IMG/VR virus record: IMGVR_UViG_3300035670_000067 | Location: 1-64,000 of that record | Source: a virus | Strand: one strand, 5' to 3' | DNA: 64,000 bases | Shown here: positions 58,641 through 64,000 of the stretch, in pieces | How positions within the stretch are numbered: position 1 is the stretch's first letter | Layout: every line of letters begins with the position of its first letter | The notes under the pieces: generated by a model | Told to the model about the DNA's origin: nothing | Databases searched by the model: none | What the model saw: the letters and a program-made list of their open reading frames with translations, nothing else | Program-made: the position numbers and the translations under genes

Positions 58641-59062
58641 TAGAGTAATCCTTGTCTTTGGAATCTCATTAGCTTTTCTCTGAGGGTTGTTCTTGCCATG
58701 TTCAAACATGCCGCTAAATCTGAAATGCTTACCGTATCGCCATGTTTCTTATATAACTGTAGAACTAACTCATCTATTCTTTTGCGGGCAACGTTTACCT
58801 TATGAATTCGTTCCAGTCTTTCTATCGGCGTCTCTGCATCGGCTAATCCCGTAACGGTTCTTGAAAATCCATAATTCGTATTTAATGTTTTCTTTCTAAG
58901 ACCAGAACCCAACTTATTTATGACTTCAAGTTGTTTCGTGATCTCTCCACTCAATTCTTTGAATATTTCTGAAGTTAAACTTTCAGCGCTTATTTCAGGA
59001 ACAGATTGACTTTGCTTGCTTGAGGGATCTGACATAGTGTCTTTCGAACGGCTCTTCATCAC
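58640..59062 (-). CDS. HTH (Fis-like) DNA-binding protein
   Basis: ISDLAACLNMARTTLREKL. Confidence 0.6.
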   Translation of the reverse strand: MMKSRSKDTMSDPSSKQSQSVPEISAESLTSEIFKELSGEITKQLEVINKLGSGLRKKTLNTNYGFSRTVTGLADAETPIERLERIHKVNVARKRIDELVLQLYKKHGDTVSISDLAACLNMARTTLREKLMRFQRQGLL

Positions 59063-59831
59063 CCTGCCTCAGTAATATGCCGCCAAACTGCGGATTATGA
59101 TTTTTCCCGGCGGTTCTGGAAACAAACGGCGTTTTCATCTGCCAGCCGGGTGTCACTATAGATAACCCAGTGATTGTATTTGTCGGAATACCAACTGAAA
59201 TATATCTATGTCTGTGACTTCTAACTACAACATCAGAACGCTTTTCTCCCCATCTCATCTGATTAGCCCAGACTTCCGTTATTTCACCCATCGGTCCAGA
59301 TGATTCATAAGCCTGCCTTGATGTTGTTCCAATATGATGTGCTATGTTCACATTCCACCTGCCAACATCAATGAAAATCATCTGTGGTACTTCATCGCCA
59401 TCATATTTGTCAGCCTTCAAACAATCTGCAATCATTCTGGCTATTTCAGCAGACTGCCCGTCATGTACTTCTGTGCCGGCAGTCATCAAGAACTTGTTTA
59501 CTTTCTTGTTATGCCTAATCGGCTCTAGAATCTCAATCGCTGTATTTTTGTGATCATTCAAGTCATGACTGAATTGTGTTATGGAATTGTGATGTCTGTT
59601 ATCTACAACATCACCATTTACCACAATGGAATAACCCTCACCCTTAGTCACATCTGGAACCCATTCATTCCAGAACTCTTCCCAATACTGATACAATAAT
59701 AACTGAAATCTATTAGGCATGTATTTTCCACCACCGACCAATGTAATTCCATTTTTAGGACACATGCCGAATTTGCATCCGCCGTGTAAATCGCTAATGA
59801 TAATGAGATTATTTGTCTTCTGCGTTTTCAT
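58995..59831 (-). CDS. Calcineurin-like metallophosphoesterase
   Basis: ISDLH, NGDVVD, GTEVHD, AHH, RSHRH. Confidence 0.85.
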   Translation of the reverse strand: MKTQKTNNLIIISDLHGGCKFGMCPKNGITLVGGGKYMPNRFQLLLYQYWEEFWNEWVPDVTKGEGYSIVVNGDVVDNRHHNSITQFSHDLNDHKNTAIEILEPIRHNKKVNKFLMTAGTEVHDGQSAEIARMIADCLKADKYDGDEVPQMIFIDVGRWNVNIAHHIGTTSRQAYESSGPMGEITEVWANQMRWGEKRSDVVVRSHRHRYISVGIPTNTITGLSIVTPGWQMKTPFVSRTAGKNHNPQFGGILLRQGDEEPFERHYVRSLKQAKSICS

Positions 59832-60053
59832 AACCTTCTCCTAGGACAACAGTTATATCAATCTGTAGCGCATCTAGAGATAAAAAGTTATTGAACGCTG
59901 TAACAAATGCGTTTTAGCCGCTCTAACACCACGCCCCACCCCGGCACATAGGCCAGCCCGCCTATTTGCGTCTAGACAGCCCCAAAAACGTTCTAGAAGC
60001 CGTTCCCGCCGTTGGCTGGTGCGCCACCTAGCCAACGGCACAGCAAAAACCAC

Positions 60054-60320
60054 CTAAGCTATGATCTTATCGCCCTTTGCTTCCATTATCGGCATGACTC
60101 TATCTGAATTAACCCAAAACGCGCCATTCCTTCCATCCTTGAGCTTCAGCATAATGCCGCTTGGTGAAATATCAACTATCTTGACTCTTACTGGCTTCTT
60201 TTCATCGCACAGTCTGACGATGTAAGATTTGCCGCGTTTGATCTCAATAGTCTTCTCTTCAATCTTCACATCTGTACCGTTCTGCTTCTCTTCCATCTTC
60301 TCTTCCATCTTCTCTTCCAT
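60054..60320 (-). CDS. hypothetical protein
   Basis: MEEK repeat N-terminus, small SH3-like beta barrel pattern. Confidence 0.55.
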   Translation of the reverse strand: MEEKMEEKMEEKQNGTDVKIEEKTIEIKRGKSYIVRLCDEKKPVRVKIVDISPSGIMLKLKDGRNGAFWVNSDRVMPIMEAKGDKIIA

Positions 60321-60564
60321 TTTGATTCACTTTCTTGTTCGATTTTCCAATAGCTAATACTTGTTATATTCCGGCTGCCATTACGGTAACGGCGACGGCT
60401 TCGGTTATATAGGCCGCCCCCTTAGGGGCGGCCATAACCGTATGTCGGCGCGGACGTTTTTTGAGAGAAATTGAACATTTTCCATCTTTCCTTTCCACTG
60501 AATCTCCAATCCGATGTACGATTTGCCAGCCGGTGACTAATATCTATTACATAGAAGTCTAGAA

Positions 60565-60596
60565 TAGGTGGTAGCCCTTTAAGGGGCTACCACCTA
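60565..60596. terminator. Strong stem-loop downstream of the 167-aa gene
   Basis: TAGGTGGTAGCCC...GGGCTACCACCTA inverted repeat; weak U tract. Confidence 0.5.
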
Positions 60597-60613
60597 ACGG
60601 CCACAGCATTTGA

Positions 60614-61117
60614 CTAGCCGGCGATGATCTTTTTCTTCTTTTTCTTGAGGATCTTGATGCCTTCGGCAGGCTTGATCACAGCTTCTGCTTTCGGCATATA
60701 AGTGTCCTCTTTCTTCACGAAATACTCAGCAGGAATGCTGAATGTCCACACATCGCCATCCTTTGTGAGAGGACAAACGATGCGTTCACCAATCTTCTTC
60801 GCGTCACGGAAGTAACCGCGAAGATAGATTTCATTGTTCCAGAAGAAAGAACCAAGCCACAAAGCAATCTGCCGAGCCTTTGTAACTTTGGTCTTCCACA
60901 TGCCTTCGGGATTAACAGAAATGGCGAACTTGGTCTTATCTTCATCATCCGTCAAGATGTCAAAACAGACCGGTTCGCCCTTTTTGAAACCCATCTTACG
61001 AACAGCGTGATTGTTAATCGCACTGTTGCTTTTCCCGGTGTTCAGAATGAGTGCCGGGAAGTCAACAGCACCACCAAATGAGTTCCGAGGGACCTTATCG
61101 AGCTTCACAAAAGCCAT
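60614..61117 (-). CDS. hypothetical protein with poly-Lys tail
   Basis: AGGAG SD, higher-GC codon usage. Confidence 0.65.
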   Translation of the reverse strand: MAFVKLDKVPRNSFGGAVDFPALILNTGKSNSAINNHAVRKMGFKKGEPVCFDILTDDEDKTKFAISVNPEGMWKTKVTKARQIALWLGSFFWNNEIYLRGYFRDAKKIGERIVCPLTKDGDVWTFSIPAEYFVKKEDTYMPKAEAVIKPAEGIKILKKKKKKIIAG

Positions 61118-61139
61118 GTTTTTTCTCCTGTTTTATGTT

Positions 61140-61511
61140 CTAGTTTTGCTCAAAACCGTCTTCTTTTTGATCAACTTTTTCTGTTTTCTCTTCGTTTTTT
61201 ACCTCTTCTTTCGTCGTTTCTTCTGCGATTTCTTCGTCTTTCACAAGCATCGGCTTAGGCATCAAACGTGCTCGGTTGATGCCATTTGTCCCCTTTGACT
61301 TGCCATATTGTGAAAGACTTTGAATGAATTGTTCCTTGTCAAAACTCTTGTGATTTCCAATTGTGACAATGTCATGATTATCTCTGACCGCCACGGCTAA
61401 CGTAGCAAGTAGACCAATCATCTCATCGCGGCTCATAAACCGGACAGCAACTGGAACTTCAACCGAGTTGACAAGAATTTCCTGATTACCATCGATCGTC
61501 TTAACGAGCAT
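61140..61511 (-). CDS. hypothetical protein
   Basis: GGAG SD, acidic tail. Confidence 0.55.
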   Translation of the reverse strand: MLVKTIDGNQEILVNSVEVPVAVRFMSRDEMIGLLATLAVAVRDNHDIVTIGNHKSFDKEQFIQSLSQYGKSKGTNGINRARLMPKPMLVKDEEIAEETTKEEVKNEEKTEKVDQKEDGFEQN

Positions 61512-62352
61512 TTTGATAAAACTCCACTTGTGATTTTATGAGTTCTGTAATGCTTCTCTGTTGCGTGTGAATGGATTTCCATGTCGGACAGCATTCCAAT
61601 TTTAATGGATCATACGGTGGGAGCTCCTTATATTGTGGGTTTGCTTGTTTATTTGTGACCAGTTCGACTATCTTCAGGAGATCATCTAAAGAGATACTTT
61701 GTCCAGTGACATTGGAAATTGTTGATGTCTTACTATCTATCTTTTCAACAATGGCGTCTACGATTTTCAGCACATCAACAAATTCTCTAATCGGCGAGCG
61801 TCCGCGTTTTCTGTAGATCGTCAAGGGTTCTCCATACAGAACATGTCTAATCATCCGCGGAATGATGTGAGTCTCGTTGATGTGCGCTTCGCCATACTGC
61901 CCACTTGCGCCAGTAACATTGAAAAATCTCAAAATATTGTATTTCGTAGAATACCTCTTAACTAGAAGTTCCTGCATCAATTTGGTCATACCATAGTGGT
62001 TTATAGGCTCTAAACGACTTTCTTCCGTTATCATATCTTTTTTATTGCCATAAACTGAACAAGAAGAGGCTAAAATAACCGGGCAACGGTAACGGGCAAG
62101 CAACCGCCGCAGTTCAATTACATTGTTTTCGAAGTATTCATACGGCTTTTCTTCGCCTTCCGAAACGTATGCGTATGATCCTAAGTGAATAATTAGATCC
62201 GGTTGATTGTGGATATCAAGCGAATATGGAATGGTTGGATTCAAATTATAATGCCGTCCGCCGGTGTCGAAGAGCATTAGCTGGTGATTCTTCAATCTTT
62301 CGCAGAGGAACTGTCCGATGTAGCCCTTGTGTCCGATGATAAGAATTTTCAT
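61501..62352 (-). CDS. galE: UDP-glucose 4-epimerase (GalE-like)
   Basis: MKILIIGHKGYIG, ASSCSVYG, YGMTK, LRFFNVTGA, GEAHINETHIIP, IREFVDV. Confidence 0.8.
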   Translation of the reverse strand: MKILIIGHKGYIGQFLCERLKNHQLMLFDTGGRHYNLNPTIPYSLDIHNQPDLIIHLGSYAYVSEGEEKPYEYFENNVIELRRLLARYRCPVILASSCSVYGNKKDMITEESRLEPINHYGMTKLMQELLVKRYSTKYNILRFFNVTGASGQYGEAHINETHIIPRMIRHVLYGEPLTIYRKRGRSPIREFVDVLKIVDAIVEKIDSKTSTISNVTGQSISLDDLLKIVELVTNKQANPQYKELPPYDPLKLECCPTWKSIHTQQRSITELIKSQVEFYQNAR

Positions 62353-62795
62353 TTTAGGAACCTTTTGTGTTGTGCATTGTGCATTGTACAAAGGTAATAA
62401 CACTGCAAAAAGCCATGTTTGCCGCATAACTGCAAAAAAAACATGCCGTATTGTGCCGTGCCGTATTGCCGCAAAACTGTGTATTGTTTCGTTTTTATGA
62501 AATCTGTTCTATAGAATTTGGATCTTGAGTCTGTAAATGGAATCAAGTGATCAAAGATTCAGCAGTCTATGAATCATTCATCTGTAGAATCTTAGATTCA
62601 ATAGTTTGTTCAGTTCTTATGAGGCGGGTGTGCCCCCCCAACAAAAAGTTGCTATTTGAAAATAAAAGAATTCAAATTATTCTCCATATATACCCCAGGT
62701 AAGGGGCATGGTTGTAGGTTATATGGATATTCAAAATTTCCGGACGTCTTTTTGGAAATCTGGATTTGCAGTGCCACATTGTACCGCGCCGTATT

Positions 62796-62954
62796 GTACA
62801 AAGTAATTCGTAACCGATTTGTGTATAAACGAAATCGGCTTGAAAATTTGTCATATAATCCGGGAGGAATTGTGTATAAACGAAATCGGCTTGAAAATTT
62901 GTTATATAACTTTGGTATCGTACAAAGTAATTCGTAACCGATTTGTGTATAAAC
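62796..62954. repeat. Interleaved direct repeats containing three DnaA-box-consensus nonamers
   Basis: 35-nt repeat at 62796 and 62920; 33-nt repeat at 62819 and 62870; TGTGTATAA (revcomp TTATACACA) at 62820, 62871 and 62944. Confidence 0.8.
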
Positions 62955-63248
62955 AAATTTAAGCCGAATTTTTGTTATATGTTTGTGGGGGAATATCACA
63001 CGCCGGCCAAAGGCTCCCCCCGCCACAAGGGCGGGGGGGCATCGCATTAGGCCATACGGCCAGCAGCAAATTCGCCGGGGGCGAGGCGAACTTCGACGTT
63101 AGCCCGCGCGTTGATAGCGCGGGCGTAACGGCGGGTTTCGCCGCTCGCAATGCGAGCGGCGAGCCGCGCAGCGCGGCTAGGCTTGCTGGGACGGGGGGTA
63201 CTCATACTTTGTCTTTCGGTTGAGGGGTTGTGGGATTATGGGGCGGGG

Positions 63249-63503
63249 TTACATGTCCGCCACTTCGACCGCCATTACGGCAGCCTTGGCGGCGGCGGCG
63301 GCCATATCTTCATTGCCGCCGTCAATGGCATCGGCGGCGGCGGCGAGCAAGGCCGCCGTAGCCCTGAAGGCTTGCCACTGGAAAAGCGTCCCCCGTTCTT
63401 CTAATGTCTTGAAGTAGGCGGCGGCGGCAGCGTAGGCGGCGGCGGCGCCGAATTCGGCGCGCAGTGTTTCATCCAGCATGGCCAGTAACAATTTGCGATA
63501 CAT
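63249..63503 (-). CDS. Ala-rich hypothetical protein
   Basis: GAAAGGA SD before the ATG at 63503 (MYRKLLL...). Confidence 0.5.
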   Translation of the reverse strand: MYRKLLLAMLDETLRAEFGAAAAYAAAAAYFKTLEERGTLFQWQAFRATAALLAAAADAIDGGNEDMAAAAAKAAVMAVEVADM

Positions 63504-63539
63504 GACGATTCCTTTCGGTTTTGGGATTAGGGGGAATGT

Positions 63540-63568
63540 GGGACCGGGCGGCAATGCCGCCCGGTCCC
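63540..63568. other. Perfect GC-rich hairpin
   Basis: GGGACCGGGCGGC-AAT-GCCGCCCGGTCCC between two Ala-rich genes. Confidence 0.7.
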
Positions 63569-63574
63569 GTTGCG

Positions 63575-63967
63575 TTACTTAAGGTCCGGGTTCGCCGCCG
63601 CCCATTCGGCGGTGGCTTTGAGCATGGCCACCGCCACGGCGGCGGCATCAATCGCCGCCGTCAGTGGCATTGGACGGACCCGCGCCGCTACTTCCGCCAC
63701 AAGGGTGGCGGCGGCGGTGGCGTCTTCGTTGCGCATGGTACGCAACGCGGCAAGGCCAATGCCTTCCAACCCTTCACGGGTAGCGGCATCGCCTGCGGCG
63801 ATAGCGTACAGGCCCGATACCTTGCCGGACTCACTGTAGGCGCTTGGAGAAGCGCCGGGAGCGGCCTTTCCAGTGGCAGCTCGCGCCGTCCACACTTCTT
63901 GCCATGCATGGCGAGCGAGGCAAGCGCCCTTGAGCGGGGAGCCCTCGACACTCACCGCTACCTTCAA
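63575..63967 (-). CDS. Ala-rich hypothetical protein (may start beyond the window)
   Basis: Open minus-strand frame ending at TAA just before the hairpin. Confidence 0.4.
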   Translation of the reverse strand: MKVAVSVEGSPLKGACLARHAWQEVWTARAATGKAAPGASPSAYSESGKVSGLYAIAAGDAATREGLEGIGLAALRTMRNEDATAAATLVAEVAARVRPMPLTAAIDAAAVAVAMLKATAEWAAANPDLK

Positions 63968-64000
63968 GGCGGCCGCCGGGAAAGCGGCGGCGGCGGCGAA

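Noticed and set aside
62796-62954. Mini CRISPR array
   Set aside because: Only two copies of each repeat, interleaved, and the intervening sequence is itself repeated; no cas genes
62349-63223. Short ORFs over the repeat block
   Set aside because: Overlapping on both strands, repeat-derived, without SD or recognisable motifs
1-64000. Stop-codon reassignment as the cause of the split genes
   Set aside because: Conserved genes are intact in code 11, all three stops end genes, and the split halves are separated by whole intervening genes

Overview
A 64-kb segment of a large, AT-rich tailed phage genome. It has an HK97-type capsid, portal and protease, a tail tube and tape measure, and no tail sheath, so it is probably siphovirus-like. 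Essentially all real genes are on the minus strand. Reading in the direction of transcription (right to left), the order is: (1) a GC-rich tip and a repeat-rich intergenic block (~62.4-64 kb); (2) GalE-like epimerase, metallophosphoesterase and a stand-alone NrdD glycyl-radical peptide; (3) terminase (large subunit with a mini-intein), portal, protease/scaffold and capsid; (4) a block of glycosyltransferases inside the head-neck-tail module; (5) three virion genes with very long Ser-rich (mucin-like) tracts, two of them with LamG domains; (6) tail genes; (7) a replication/recombination module (SNF2, DnaB, degenerate thymidylate-synthase homolog, HU, DnaE, UvsY-like, SSB-like, RecA, three-piece SbcC plus SbcD, RecU-like, HNH, sigma-like, T4 Agt-like glucosyltransferase). 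The main observations are: a candidate phage-encoded O-glycosylation system of Ser-rich virion proteins plus at least five co-located glycosyltransferases; a head-closure protein apparently split across two genes by a Ser-rich/LamG cassette; and a naturally split intein in DnaE with a free-standing homing endonuclease between the halves. All family calls come from motif recognition by eye, not database searches.
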